Source of the DNA: Gemmatimonadales bacterium
GTDB taxonomy: Bacteria > Gemmatimonadota > Gemmatimonadetes > Gemmatimonadales > GWC2-71-9
Length of the DNA: 64,000 bases
Assembly (NCBI GenBank): GCA_036556625.1
Contig: DATBJC010000020.1
Coordinates: 14,587 to 78,586, forward strand
Direction of reading: 5' to 3'
Shown here: one piece after another, positions 35,003 through 44,560 of the stretch
Layout of the letters: every line of letters begins with the position of its first letter
How positions within the stretch are numbered: position 1 is the first letter of the stretch
Position numbers and translations under genes: made by a program
Notes under the pieces: generated by a model
The model's input: the letters and a program-made list of their open reading frames with translations, nothing else
Databases searched by the model: none
What the model was told of the DNA's origin: nothing

Positions 35003-36603
35003 GCGGACGGCCTCACCGGGAAGGACCGGTGCCTGATCCGCCGCCAGAGATGGCGGATCGCGTCCACCACCTCCTGGAAGTCACCGCCGCGGGTGGAGCC
35101 CGACTCGCGGCTCACCCGGATCAGACCGAGCACGCCCACGATGGTGAGGATGATGTTGGGCGACCACATGGCCTGCCACGGTGTCACGAATCCGCGATCC
35201 GCCAGGCTCTCCCCGGCCGTGAGCCCCACATAGTGGACCGAGAAGACCAGGAGTCCACCGCCGATCACCAGCCCGATCCCGCCCCTGGGGAACCGGAGGG
35301 CCATCACGATCCCGATGATGACGAAGGAGATGCAGGCGAGGCTGATGGCCCACTTCTTATGGACCTCGACGGCGTACCGGGCCGCCCGCCGATCCGCGTC
35401 CCGGCCCCGGTCCAGGGCCGTCGCGGTGAGCGACCAGTTCGAAAGCTCCGGTTCCCGGAGTCCTGGACTACGAGGGCTGGGTACCGGGGGGCGCAGGGTC
35501 GGCGCTCCGGCCGGCTTCGTCTTCGGAGGCCTGACGATCCGGCCCTTGCCCTGTCCCGGCGCGCCGGCCTGTGCTCGACCCTGGGCGGGGGCGGCCTGTG
35601 CTCGTCCCTGGGCTTCGGCCGTCCTGGGAAGAACCAGACTCTGGAGCGACTGGAGCCAGCGGCAATAGGCCGGCGTCGCCTTGGCGGTCAGCGACGTATC
35701 AGCCATACCCCGTGGAGGGAGCGCCAGGAGGTTGCGAAGATCGCTCACGATCAGCTCGTGGCGGTCCCGGGCCGACTCGTGCTCCTCGCGTTCGGCATCC
35801 CGGATCACCTCGAGCATCTCGCAGGTGCTCATCTCGCGGTCGCCCCGAACCGCCTCGCTGGTGTTCCGCTCCAGCTCGTCGAAGACGTTCTTCACCCGGA
35901 TGTCGTTGACCTTGAAGTACGTCAACTGGAACCCGGTGGGCTCCACCGGTCGGTACTGGTGAATGCTCCCGTTGAACAGGCGGAGACTCAGATCGGTCTG
36001 GCCTTCGGCATAGCCCATCAGCCCGCTGTCGGCGTAGATGATCCGGCGGCTCGCGTCCCCGCCGACATCGTAGATGGTGACCTCCCGGAGGCGCCCGGTG
36101 GCGCCGTCGATCCGATTGGCGCGGAGGAAGTATTGGGAGGGCGGAACCTCATTGATCACCTGCTCCTGAAGCTCGAAGGTGGGCTTTTTCCGGCCGATGT
36201 CGATCAGCAGGGTTCTCAACCGGGCATTGCTCCGGGGCAGGATCTGATCCACGAAGGCAAAGTTGAAGGCCGACATGAACACGCCCCAGGCCAACACCGG
36301 GAGCAGGATCTGGTACACGCTGACCCCGCTGGCCCGCATCGCCGTGATCTCGTTGTCGGCCGCCAGGTGGCTGAAGGCATAGAGCACGGCCAGGAGCACC
36401 GCCATCGGGAGGGTCATCGCCACGATGAACGGGATGCTCAGGGCGAAGACCTCCACGATCACCGTCCAGGGGAGGCCTTTGCCCACCAGCGACCCGAACT
36501 TCTTCGCGATCTGGCTCAACAGCATCAGGCTGGTGAGCGCGGTGAGCGCGAAGAGGAAGGGGGCCGCCAGTTGGCGGAGCAGGTAGCGACTGAGCAGGTT
36601 CAC
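34999..36603 (-). CDS. lptF: LptF/LptG-family LPS export permease with about 130-aa low-complexity insertion
   Basis: 'LLSRYLLRQLAAPFLFALTAL' is the family N-terminus. The insert contains an Ala/Gln/Pro/Arg-rich tract encoded partly by a 27-nt direct repeat. Confidence 0.78.
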   Translation of the reverse strand: MNLLSRYLLRQLAAPFLFALTALTSLMLLSQIAKKFGSLVGKGLPWTVIVEVFALSIPFIVAMTLPMAVLLAVLYAFSHLAADNEITAMRASGVSVYQILLPVLAWGVFMSAFNFAFVDQILPRSNARLRTLLIDIGRKKPTFELQEQVINEVPPSQYFLRANRIDGATGRLREVTIYDVGGDASRRIIYADSGLMGYAEGQTDLSLRLFNGSIHQYRPVEPTGFQLTYFKVNDIRVKNVFDELERNTSEAVRGDREMSTCEMLEVIRDAEREEHESARDRHELIVSDLRNLLALPPRGMADTSLTAKATPAYCRWLQSLQSLVLPRTAEAQGRAQAAPAQGRAQAGAPGQGKGRIVRPPKTKPAGAPTLRPPVPSPRSPGLREPELSNWSLTATALDRGRDADRRAARYAVEVHKKWAISLACISFVIIGIVMALRFPRGGIGLVIGGGLLVFSVHYVGLTAGESLADRGFVTPWQAMWSPNIILTIVGVLGLIRVSRESGSTRGGDFQEVVDAIRHLWRRIRHRSFPVRPSA

Positions 36604-36621
36604 ACGACCTAACTTGTAGAT

Positions 36622-36649
36622 TTGTAAGGAGTTGTTAGCTTATTATATT
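36622..36649 (+). promoter_or_regulatory. Sigma-70-like promoter candidate for the sprA-like gene
   Basis: TTGTAA (36622-36627), a 16-nt spacer, then TATATT (36644-36649). It sits in the only strongly AT-rich stretch of the lptF/sprA divergent gap. Confidence 0.35.
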
Positions 36650-36694
36650 GTCCGGGTTTCCCATTCTCAAGCCGTCTTCCTCAGCTCCAACAGA

Positions 36695-39600
36695 GTGGCG
36701 CGCCCTCTTCTCACTCTAAGCTGGCTGTGCCTGCTGGTCACGGCTCCCCTGGCCGGCCAGACCCCGACAACCGCCGATACGACCGGGCCGGGCTCTCGCC
36801 TTCGATTCCTGACCAGCCCGTTTCGTCTGGCCGAGCCGGCCGCGCTGCGCGCGCCCTGGCTGGGGGCCCCGCGGTTGGGTCCGACCGGGGCGGCGGAGCG
36901 TTGGGACAGCCTCCTGGCCACCTCGCTGCAAGTCACCCGCCAGGAGCGGGCCCTGGGATACCGGATGCTCAACCTCTACGGAACGGCTCCGGTGCCGGTG
37001 GAGCAGGTCGCGACGGCAGAGGAGGACGAGCAGCGTCGGGGGCTGTTCGGGATCGCCCGCGACAAGGCCGACATCAACATGGACGGCCAGGTCCGGCTCG
37101 AGTTCCGCACCGACCGCCTGCGCAACGAGCGATGCAGTCCCGCGCTGCTGCTGGATCCCAATTCCGGTTGCCGGGGTGGCTTCAGGCCGCCCCGCCTGGA
37201 CAACCAGGTGAATCTCCGGGCCGGCGGCGTGCTGGGCCGACGGGTCCACCTCAACGTGGACTACGACTCGGAGCGGGACTTCGTCGCCAACAACGATGTG
37301 CAGGTGTACTACGAAGGGTTGGAAGACGAGATCATCCGCCGGATCGAGGTCGGCACCGTCCAGTTCCAGCCCCCACCCTCGCGATTCATCACCGCCGCCA
37401 TCCCCACCAACAACTTCGGCGTCAACGCGACCTTCGAGGTGGGGCGGGTGCAGCTCCAGACTCTGGCCGCCACCCAGAAGGGGAGCCAGGTGGCGGAGCG
37501 GGTGTACCAGATCGGCCAGACCACCAGCCAGCCACAGACCAAGCAGGTCCGGGACCTCGACTTCGAAACAGGCCGGTTCTTCTGGGTGGTGGATCCCACC
37601 GGGGTTCCAGGCTTTCCCGACCTCGACATCCTGAACCTGGATCCCACGGTGCTGCCGGCGAACCTGCGACCCGACCAGGTCCGGGTCTACCGCTATCGCG
37701 CCGCGCTCAACCAGTCCAACTCGCAGGCCAACCTGGCGGGCATCCGGGCACTGGCCCGCAGCAGCAACGGGGTCCAGACCTACGGCCCGGTGCGGTGGGA
37801 GCTGCTGATCCAGGGCACCGATTACCACCTGGACCCCTCGGGGCTCTGGCTCGCGCTCGGCACCAAGCTGGACCAGAACGACTTCCTCGCGGTCAGCTAC
37901 ATCGCCGACGACGGCTCGCTGGTGGGGAGCTTTCCCTCTCAGGATCGGCCCGAGGCGGGAGACAGCCTGCGGCTGATCGTGGCGCCGCAGCAGGACCCGT
38001 CCCAGGTCACCTTCAACCACGAGATGCGGCAGATCTACCGGGTGGCGGGATCCGATCTGGACCCGGCGTCGCTCGAGGTTCGTCTCTCGGTCAACCAGTC
38101 GGAGCGGCCGCTGTCGGGAGGCACCACCTATCTCGCCGCCCTGCGGCTGGCGATCCCGACCGACCCCAACATCTTCGACCGGGAGAACCGGCTCTTCCCC
38201 CGGGCGCAGGAGCCGCAGGCGGGGACGGTGCTCAACGAGTCGTACATCATTTATCCCCACCTGCGGCCTTTCGCCGATTCCACCCGGCTCACCCCGGCGG
38301 AACGGAACGACTCGCTGTACCAGAAGCCCCTCTTCCTGCTGAACCAGGGGCCGGCGGCGAAGTTTCAGCTGCGGCTCCACTACAACAGCACCGGCGGAGG
38401 CGACCGGTCCAGCCTGGCACTCGGCGCGTTCCAGCTGCGCAAGGGAAGCGAGCAGGTGTTGCTGGGAGGGCGCCGGCTCGAGCGCGACGTGGACTACACC
38501 ATCTCCTACGAGTCGGGGCAGGTCACCTTTCTCAATCCGGAGTCGTTGTTCGGTACCGGTGCGGCTCAGGTCACCGTGCGGTTCGAGGAGCAGGGCATTT
38601 TCGCGATCGCGCCCACCTCGATCTTCGGGCTTTCGACCCGCTATTCATTGGGTAATGTCGGCTCGGTCAACTTCATCGGCATGTACCAGAAGGAGTCCAG
38701 CGCCTTCAACCGGCCGCCGCTCGGGTTCGAGGCCACCGCGAATCTGATCACCGGCATCAACACCGATCTCAAGTTCCGCTCGGACGGATTGAGCCGGCTC
38801 CTCAGCGGGCTCACCAGCCGGCCCGCCGTTGCTCCCTCCCAGATCAACCTCAACGCCGAATTCGCCCTGACCAAGCCGGACCCCAACCGGTCGGGGCAGG
38901 CCTACATGGAGGAGTTCGAGAGCGAGGCGGGCGTGCCCCTCTCACTGGCGGAAGCCGCCTGGGAGTTCGGCAGCGGACCGGGCAGCCCGCTGGGCGCGGA
39001 GAGCTTCGGCTTTGCCGGCGGGTTCCTCCCGGACGACGCGGTGGCGCTCACCTGGCAGAACCTGGTGCCGGTCGGGAACACCGGTCAGGCGCTGGAGATC
39101 CGCCCGGAGGACATCGACACCCTGATCCGCATCGTGGGCCGGGGCGAGCGTCTGGAGACCACGCTCTTCATGACCCTGCACGCCGACACCGCGGGAGGCG
39201 TGGTCCAGCGCAACAATGCCTCGCGCTGGAGCCTGCCCCGGCGCGACTTCCGTCCCCGGTGGCGCTCGATGGTCACGCCGCTCAGCACCACGGGCATCGA
39301 TCTCACCCGGGACGAGTACCTCGAGTTCTGGGTGTTTCACCCCGCGGGCCGGAGCTCCGACTCGGCCGGGGTGCGGCTGATCTTCGACCTCGGCACGGTG
39401 GACGAAGACGCGGTGGGCGTGGCACCCGAGAGCCTGACCGTGGCGGGCAGCGATACCAGCTACACCGGGCGCCAGCTGATCGGCACCGGCCTGCTCGACA
39501 CCGAGCGGAGCGACCTGGACATCTTCAACGCCGAAGTGGACGACATCGGGATCCTGGGCGACAGGCCGCCCAGGATGATCCGCTCGGACGGGGCTGTGGT

Positions 39601-42600
39601 CGGCGACCTGGCGCTCTGCGAGCGCTTCCTGAGCAACGCGGTGCCGGTGTTTCCCTGGGGCGACCTCAGCGGTCGCTGCACCAACGGCAACGGGATTCTC
39701 GACACCGAGGATCTGGACGCGGACAACGTGCTCAATGCCAAGGGCGCCAACGAGAACGTCTTCCGCTACGTGGTCCAGCTTCGCCCGGAAGACCAGCACT
39801 TCGTGCGAACCGGTCAGGGCCTCATGCCCGGCTGGGAGCTGTATCGGGTCCCCATCCGCACCCCGGACGCCACCATCGGCACGCCCAATCTCCGGCTGAT
39901 TCAGCATCTGCGGGTCACGGTGGCGGCGCCGGCCGACGCCGGCGGCCCGGACCCGGTCGCCCGGTTCGCGCTGGCCCGCATGCGGCTGGTCGGTTCCTCC
40001 TGGACCCGCCGGGCGGAACGGCCGATCGCCGGTCTTGCCGGATCGGTGGCCAACCCCATCGGCGATGTCATCGCCTCGGTAGTCTCCACCGAGAACAGCG
40101 CCGACCTGGGGTACGAGTCCCCTCCCGGCGTGGTCGAAGCCGTGCAGCGGCGAGACGGCGACCAGGAATCGTTCGGCACCCAGATCAACGAGAAGTCACT
40201 CCGCATCGTCGCCCGGGGCCTGGAAACGGGCGACCGGGCCGAGGCGTTCCTCCGCTTTCCGGTGACTCCGCAGAACGCGCTGAGCTACCGCCAGCTCAGG
40301 GTCTGGATGCGGGGCCGCGGGCCCGGCTGGGAGGAGAACGATCTCCAGGCCTTCCTCAAGGTGGGCAGCGACGACCGCAACTTCTACCTGTACCGGGCAC
40401 CCGCCCGCTCCCGGACCTGGGAGCCGGAATTCGTCATCGATCTGGAGGTGTGGCGCGCGCTCCGGGCCCGGCTGGAACAGCAGCGACTGAGCGGACCGCC
40501 GGTGGTGGATCCGGCCTGCGGGGTGCCCGATCCGAATGTCTACGTGACCTGCCGGGGTCCCTATCTGGTGTACAGCGCCGACCCCGGAGTCAACCCTCCG
40601 AACCTGGCGGCGATTCAGGAGCTTTCCGCGGGCATCCTGCGGGTCGCGTCGTCGGTCGTCATTACGGACGCCGAGCTCTGGGTGGACGATATCCGGCTCA
40701 GCAACCCGGTGTCCGAGCTGGGCACCGCGATGGCGGTGGACGCGCGAATCGTCGCCAGCGACGTGGGCAACATGTTCGTGTCCTACACCCGGCAGAACGG
40801 CCAGTTCCGCCAGATCAACGAGGACCCCAGCTACCGCGGCACCGGTGCCTTGCAGGTCACGTCCGGCTGGCAGCTCGATCGGTTCCTCCCCACCTGGCTG
40901 GGCCTCTCCATTCCGCTCAACGTGAATTACACTCGCGCGAACGTGGATCCGGAGCTGCTCACCGGCACCGATGTGAGGGGCGACGCCCTGCCCGGCTTGC
41001 GACGACCGAGCTCGAGCACCCAGAACTACACCCTCGCGATCCGCCGGAGTCAGAAGGGCACCGATTTTCTCACCAAGGCGTTGGCCGATCCGCTGTCGCT
41101 TCGAGCCAACCTGGTCAAGGGACGGACCCGGAGCGAGTTCAGCGACGCCACCTCCGACGCGCGCTCGGTCGCCCTGGGCTACAACCTCCAGATGCAGCGG
41201 CGGGGCATCGGGCTGCCCTTCGGCGGCCTGGTGGGCGGTCTGCCGGACTGGATCAAGAACAGCAGCGCAGGCAAGGGACTGAGCTCGGCAAAGTTCAGCC
41301 TGGTCCCTTCGAGCCTGCGGCTGAGCAGCGGGCTCAGCCGGAACGAAGCCGCCTACTTCTCCTTCGGCGTGCCGATCGCCCGGCCGGCGGACTCGCTGGT
41401 GCGGTCCACCCTCTCGCTCACCCACCTGTGGCAGAACTCGGCCGGCATGACGTACCAGCCGCTGGGGATGCTGTCGGTGAACGTGGACCTCAACAGCACG
41501 CGCGACCTGCGGGTCTACCCCGATTCCAGCCCTCTGGGCCGGCTGGCGTTTGCCGAGCGGAAGCTCTTTCTGGGTATCCCCGTCGGCGTGGAGCGCGACC
41601 GCAACCTGACCACTTCGCTGGCCCTCACTCCGGCCATCAACTCCTGGCTGCGGCCCCGGTTCACCACGGGGAGCGGATTCATTCTCTCCCGGACGCTCAA
41701 CAGCCGCTCGCCGGTCCGCGAGTTCGAGGACAGCGGCGCGTTCATCCTCCCGCAGACGCTCAACAACCGACGGACCCGCGAGCTGGGCCTCTCGGTGGAT
41801 CTGGGCCGCGCGTTCCAGCAGCTGTTCAACGACAGCAGCACGGTGGGCAAGGCGCTGTCGCGCTTCCGGCCGGTGGACCTCAGCTCCGGCCTCACCCGCA
41901 CCTCGACCTACAATCTCGCCGCCTTCGACCCGGGCCTGAAGTACATGCTGGGCCTGGGCGGCCGCGAGAGCTTCCTCTTTCAGGAGCGATCCACCGCGGT
42001 GAATGCGTCGGAGACCCGCACCGCGACGATCGGATCGGGCGCTGACCTACCCTTCGGATTCTCCACCACGATGTCGTACTCGCTCACTCGGACGGAGACC
42101 TTCCGCCTGGTCGGGGACGGCTTCGCCGAGACCGTGCTGCGGCAGCGGGAGTGGCCGTCGGCGACGGTCCGATGGAACCGGGTATTCACCAAAGGCCCGC
42201 TGGTGACCGTGAGCGCCGCCTTCGGGGTCCGCCGCCGGGAGGGCACCTCTCAGCAGCTCAGTGCCGGGGGCGAGGGGCTGGGCGCCGCCAGCGCCACCGT
42301 CTCGTACTCGCTCACGCCGGACCTCCAGTTGACCCTCCGCAACGGGATGAGCTTCTCGACCGGACTCTCCAGTCGCGACCAGCGGACCGAGACCAACGGG
42401 AACGCGACCCTGCTGGATCAGGACGACATCACCGGCACCTTCAGCTACGCCTTCCGGCTGCCCACCTCCATCAGCCGCACCCGCAAGCTGATCCGCTCCT
42501 CGGTGACGGTCTTCAGCTCCAGCGTCCGCACCTGCCTGCTGACGGTGCGCGACCCGGAGTGCGAGACCGTATCCGACCTCCGCCGGCGGGAGATCCAGAG

Positions 42601-42751
42601 CGGGATCGACACCGACCTGATGCAGATGCTGACCGCGGGCCTCCAGTTCGGCTACTCGATCAACGACGTGCGTCACCTGGACGGACGCACGTCGCAGATC
42701 TTCCTCCAGCTGTCGTTCCAGCTGTCGCTGTTCGCGGAAGATTACCGGTGA
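36695..42751 (+). CDS. sprA: SprA-like giant outer-membrane protein (T9SS translocon family)
   Basis: 2018 aa from GTG 36695, which gives the signal peptide MARPLLTLSWLCLLVTAPLAG|Q. 'VNLRAGGVLGRRVHLNVDYDSERDF...QVYYEGLEDEIIRRIEVGTVQF' matches my memory of the conserved SprA block (...YTGxEDEIIQKIEAGNVS...). It is beta-rich throughout. Confidence 0.65.
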   Translation: MARPLLTLSWLCLLVTAPLAGQTPTTADTTGPGSRLRFLTSPFRLAEPAALRAPWLGAPRLGPTGAAERWDSLLATSLQVTRQERALGYRMLNLYGTAPVPVEQVATAEEDEQRRGLFGIARDKADINMDGQVRLEFRTDRLRNERCSPALLLDPNSGCRGGFRPPRLDNQVNLRAGGVLGRRVHLNVDYDSERDFVANNDVQVYYEGLEDEIIRRIEVGTVQFQPPPSRFITAAIPTNNFGVNATFEVGRVQLQTLAATQKGSQVAERVYQIGQTTSQPQTKQVRDLDFETGRFFWVVDPTGVPGFPDLDILNLDPTVLPANLRPDQVRVYRYRAALNQSNSQANLAGIRALARSSNGVQTYGPVRWELLIQGTDYHLDPSGLWLALGTKLDQNDFLAVSYIADDGSLVGSFPSQDRPEAGDSLRLIVAPQQDPSQVTFNHEMRQIYRVAGSDLDPASLEVRLSVNQSERPLSGGTTYLAALRLAIPTDPNIFDRENRLFPRAQEPQAGTVLNESYIIYPHLRPFADSTRLTPAERNDSLYQKPLFLLNQGPAAKFQLRLHYNSTGGGDRSSLALGAFQLRKGSEQVLLGGRRLERDVDYTISYESGQVTFLNPESLFGTGAAQVTVRFEEQGIFAIAPTSIFGLSTRYSLGNVGSVNFIGMYQKESSAFNRPPLGFEATANLITGINTDLKFRSDGLSRLLSGLTSRPAVAPSQINLNAEFALTKPDPNRSGQAYMEEFESEAGVPLSLAEAAWEFGSGPGSPLGAESFGFAGGFLPDDAVALTWQNLVPVGNTGQALEIRPEDIDTLIRIVGRGERLETTLFMTLHADTAGGVVQRNNASRWSLPRRDFRPRWRSMVTPLSTTGIDLTRDEYLEFWVFHPAGRSSDSAGVRLIFDLGTVDEDAVGVAPESLTVAGSDTSYTGRQLIGTGLLDTERSDLDIFNAEVDDIGILGDRPPRMIRSDGAVVGDLALCERFLSNAVPVFPWGDLSGRCTNGNGILDTEDLDADNVLNAKGANENVFRYVVQLRPEDQHFVRTGQGLMPGWELYRVPIRTPDATIGTPNLRLIQHLRVTVAAPADAGGPDPVARFALARMRLVGSSWTRRAERPIAGLAGSVANPIGDVIASVVSTENSADLGYESPPGVVEAVQRRDGDQESFGTQINEKSLRIVARGLETGDRAEAFLRFPVTPQNALSYRQLRVWMRGRGPGWEENDLQAFLKVGSDDRNFYLYRAPARSRTWEPEFVIDLEVWRALRARLEQQRLSGPPVVDPACGVPDPNVYVTCRGPYLVYSADPGVNPPNLAAIQELSAGILRVASSVVITDAELWVDDIRLSNPVSELGTAMAVDARIVASDVGNMFVSYTRQNGQFRQINEDPSYRGTGALQVTSGWQLDRFLPTWLGLSIPLNVNYTRANVDPELLTGTDVRGDALPGLRRPSSSTQNYTLAIRRSQKGTDFLTKALADPLSLRANLVKGRTRSEFSDATSDARSVALGYNLQMQRRGIGLPFGGLVGGLPDWIKNSSAGKGLSSAKFSLVPSSLRLSSGLSRNEAAYFSFGVPIARPADSLVRSTLSLTHLWQNSAGMTYQPLGMLSVNVDLNSTRDLRVYPDSSPLGRLAFAERKLFLGIPVGVERDRNLTTSLALTPAINSWLRPRFTTGSGFILSRTLNSRSPVREFEDSGAFILPQTLNNRRTRELGLSVDLGRAFQQLFNDSSTVGKALSRFRPVDLSSGLTRTSTYNLAAFDPGLKYMLGLGGRESFLFQERSTAVNASETRTATIGSGADLPFGFSTTMSYSLTRTETFRLVGDGFAETVLRQREWPSATVRWNRVFTKGPLVTVSAAFGVRRREGTSQQLSAGGEGLGAASATVSYSLTPDLQLTLRNGMSFSTGLSSRDQRTETNGNATLLDQDDITGTFSYAFRLPTSISRTRKLIRSSVTVFSSSVRTCLLTVRDPECETVSDLRRREIQSGIDTDLMQMLTAGLQFGYSINDVRHLDGRTSQIFLQLSFQLSLFAEDYR

Positions 42752-42816
42752 GAGAGGAGCTGGTCGGCCAGACAGCTTGACAGCCAGACCGCTTCGGAGC
42801 TTTCGTCCCGTCCACC

Positions 42817-43725
42817 TTGCGTCGCTTTCTCCTGATCCTCTCCCTCGCCGCGCTGAATGCCTGCGGCGACAAGCCGCCGCCCCGGGAGTTCGACGGGACG
42901 TCGGCCTTCAAGTACCTCGAGCAGCAGCTGACCTTCGGGTACCGGATACCGGGCACCGATGAGCACCGCCGGATGGCGGCGTGGCTCGACAGCATGGTGC
43001 GGGCGCGGGTCGACTCGGTGATCACCCAGCGCTGGACTCACGTCACCGCCGAGGGTGACTCGCTGGATCTCCAGAATGTCATCGCTCGCATCAACCCGGC
43101 TGCGGAGAAGCGGATCCTTTTTTTGGCCCACTGGGACACCAGGCCGGTCACCGACGGCAAGCAGTCTCCCGACTCGACCAAGAAGGTCATGGGGGCCAAC
43201 GATGGGGCCTCCGGCGTGGCGCTGTTGCTGGGCGTGGCCGATGTGCTCAAGCGGGCGCCGCCCGGGCCGGACGTCGGGGTGGACCTGCTCTTCACCGACG
43301 GCGAAGACTACGGCGATTTCGACAAGGTCATCGATGTCCTGATCGGTGCCCGCTACTACGCCCAGCACCAGCCGCCGGGGCCGAAGCCGCTCTACGCCGT
43401 GCTCTTCGATCTGGTCGCGGACAAGGATCTGCAGATCTACCAGGAGGGCAACTCGGTGACCGGCGCGCCGGAGGTAGTGAACCTGGTGTGGGACGTAGCG
43501 CGAGATCTGGGGTACGGAAAGATCTTCGTAGATACGCCGGGGTACGTGCTGATCGACGATCACGTGGAGCTGCAGAAGGGAGGGATCCGCGCCATCGACG
43601 TGGTGGACTTCAACTATCCCCCCCATCACACGCCGTTCGATACCATCGACAAGGTGAGCGCCCAGAGTCTTCAGATCGTGGGTGACGTCGCGATGGCCCT
43701 GGTGCGGCGCGAGGGTACCACCTAG
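42817..43725 (+). CDS. M28-fold lipoprotein, glutaminyl-peptide cyclotransferase-like
   Basis: The lipobox is 'LAALNACG'. The blocks 'FLAHWDTRP', 'GANDGASGVALLL', 'LLFTDGEDYG', 'IDDHVEL' and 'HHTPFDTIDKVS' parallel the Bacteroidota animal-type QC pattern (AHWDSRP / GANDGASG / DDH / WHT..D). Confidence 0.68.
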   Translation: MRRFLLILSLAALNACGDKPPPREFDGTSAFKYLEQQLTFGYRIPGTDEHRRMAAWLDSMVRARVDSVITQRWTHVTAEGDSLDLQNVIARINPAAEKRILFLAHWDTRPVTDGKQSPDSTKKVMGANDGASGVALLLGVADVLKRAPPGPDVGVDLLFTDGEDYGDFDKVIDVLIGARYYAQHQPPGPKPLYAVLFDLVADKDLQIYQEGNSVTGAPEVVNLVWDVARDLGYGKIFVDTPGYVLIDDHVELQKGGIRAIDVVDFNYPPHHTPFDTIDKVSAQSLQIVGDVAMALVRREGTT

Positions 43726-43809
43726 CCGGAACCGTCCCGCCGGCGGAATCGCACCGGCCCGCGGGAAACCGCTGCGCGGCGGATTCAGCCAGTGCGTTAC
43801 CCTCGGGTC

Positions 43810-44481
43810 ATGTCGGCCACCGAGCGACGCGCCCTCCTGCTCCTGCTCTCCCTCGGGCTTGCCGGCCAGGGCATCCGGTGGTGGGCCACCCGGCCGGGAG
43901 AGGCGCCGGGGCAGATCGAGCTGCTGGCGGCACTCCCTCCCAAGTCTCCGGCGGCCCATCGCGACAGCATCCTCGCCCTGGCCCGGCCTCTCGCGCCCGG
44001 CGAGCGTATCGATGCCGACCAGGCTACGCCGGCCGAGCTGGCTCGGCTCCCGCGGGTCGGCCTGGCGCTTGCCAAGACCATCGTCGCGGATCGTGAGGCC
44101 CGAGGACCGTTCGGCGGCCCTGAGGGGCTCGATCGGGTACGGGGCATCGGGCCCGGACTCCTGGCCGCCATCGGGCCCCACCTGAGGTTCTCCGGCCCCA
44201 AGGGAGTGCCAGCATCCGGGCAGTTCGCCCGACCCGGTGCCGACTTGGCCGGGGGGCCGACTCCCTCCCGGGCAGGCACCACCCCTCCCCCCGTAAATCT
44301 CAATTCGGCGTCGGTTTCCGAGCTGGACCGGCTTCCGGGAATCGGCCCGGCGCGCGCGGCGGCGATTTTGCAGGAGCGCGAAGCCCGGGGGCCGTTTGCG
44401 TCGGTCGAAGCCTTGTCCCGTGTTCCCGGGCTGGGGCAGTCGGCCATCGCCCGGCTGCGCGATCAGGTGGTGGTCGAATGA
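43810..44481 (+). CDS. comEA: ComEA-like helix-hairpin-helix DNA-binding protein (two HhH modules)
   Basis: It has an N-terminal TM anchor. 'ELARLPRVGLALAKTIVADREARGPF' and 'ELDRLPGIGPARAAAILQEREARGPFASVEAL' are duplicated ComEA-type HhH motifs. Confidence 0.75.
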   Translation: MSATERRALLLLLSLGLAGQGIRWWATRPGEAPGQIELLAALPPKSPAAHRDSILALARPLAPGERIDADQATPAELARLPRVGLALAKTIVADREARGPFGGPEGLDRVRGIGPGLLAAIGPHLRFSGPKGVPASGQFARPGADLAGGPTPSRAGTTPPPVNLNSASVSELDRLPGIGPARAAAILQEREARGPFASVEALSRVPGLGQSAIARLRDQVVVE

Positions 44482-44560
44482 GGGGCGGGCGGCCTGTCGT
44501 CGCCCAGCCCGGCTACCGATACTGGCCCAATTAACCCAACACTTCTCCAGCCACGAGATC

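Noticed and set aside
36716-42045. Several long alternative-frame ORFs inside sprA (554 aa minus strand at 36716-38380; 642 aa at 36727-38655; 928 aa at 39259-42045).
   Set aside because: They are Pro/Arg/Gly-rich out-of-frame translations of the sprA-like gene. They have no independent motif support.
44396-44560. Upstream extension of pilB overlapping comEA (626-aa track ORF).
   Set aside because: The extension is Arg/Pro-rich and overlaps the comEA 3' end. The conserved PilB N-terminal domain begins right after ATG 44561.
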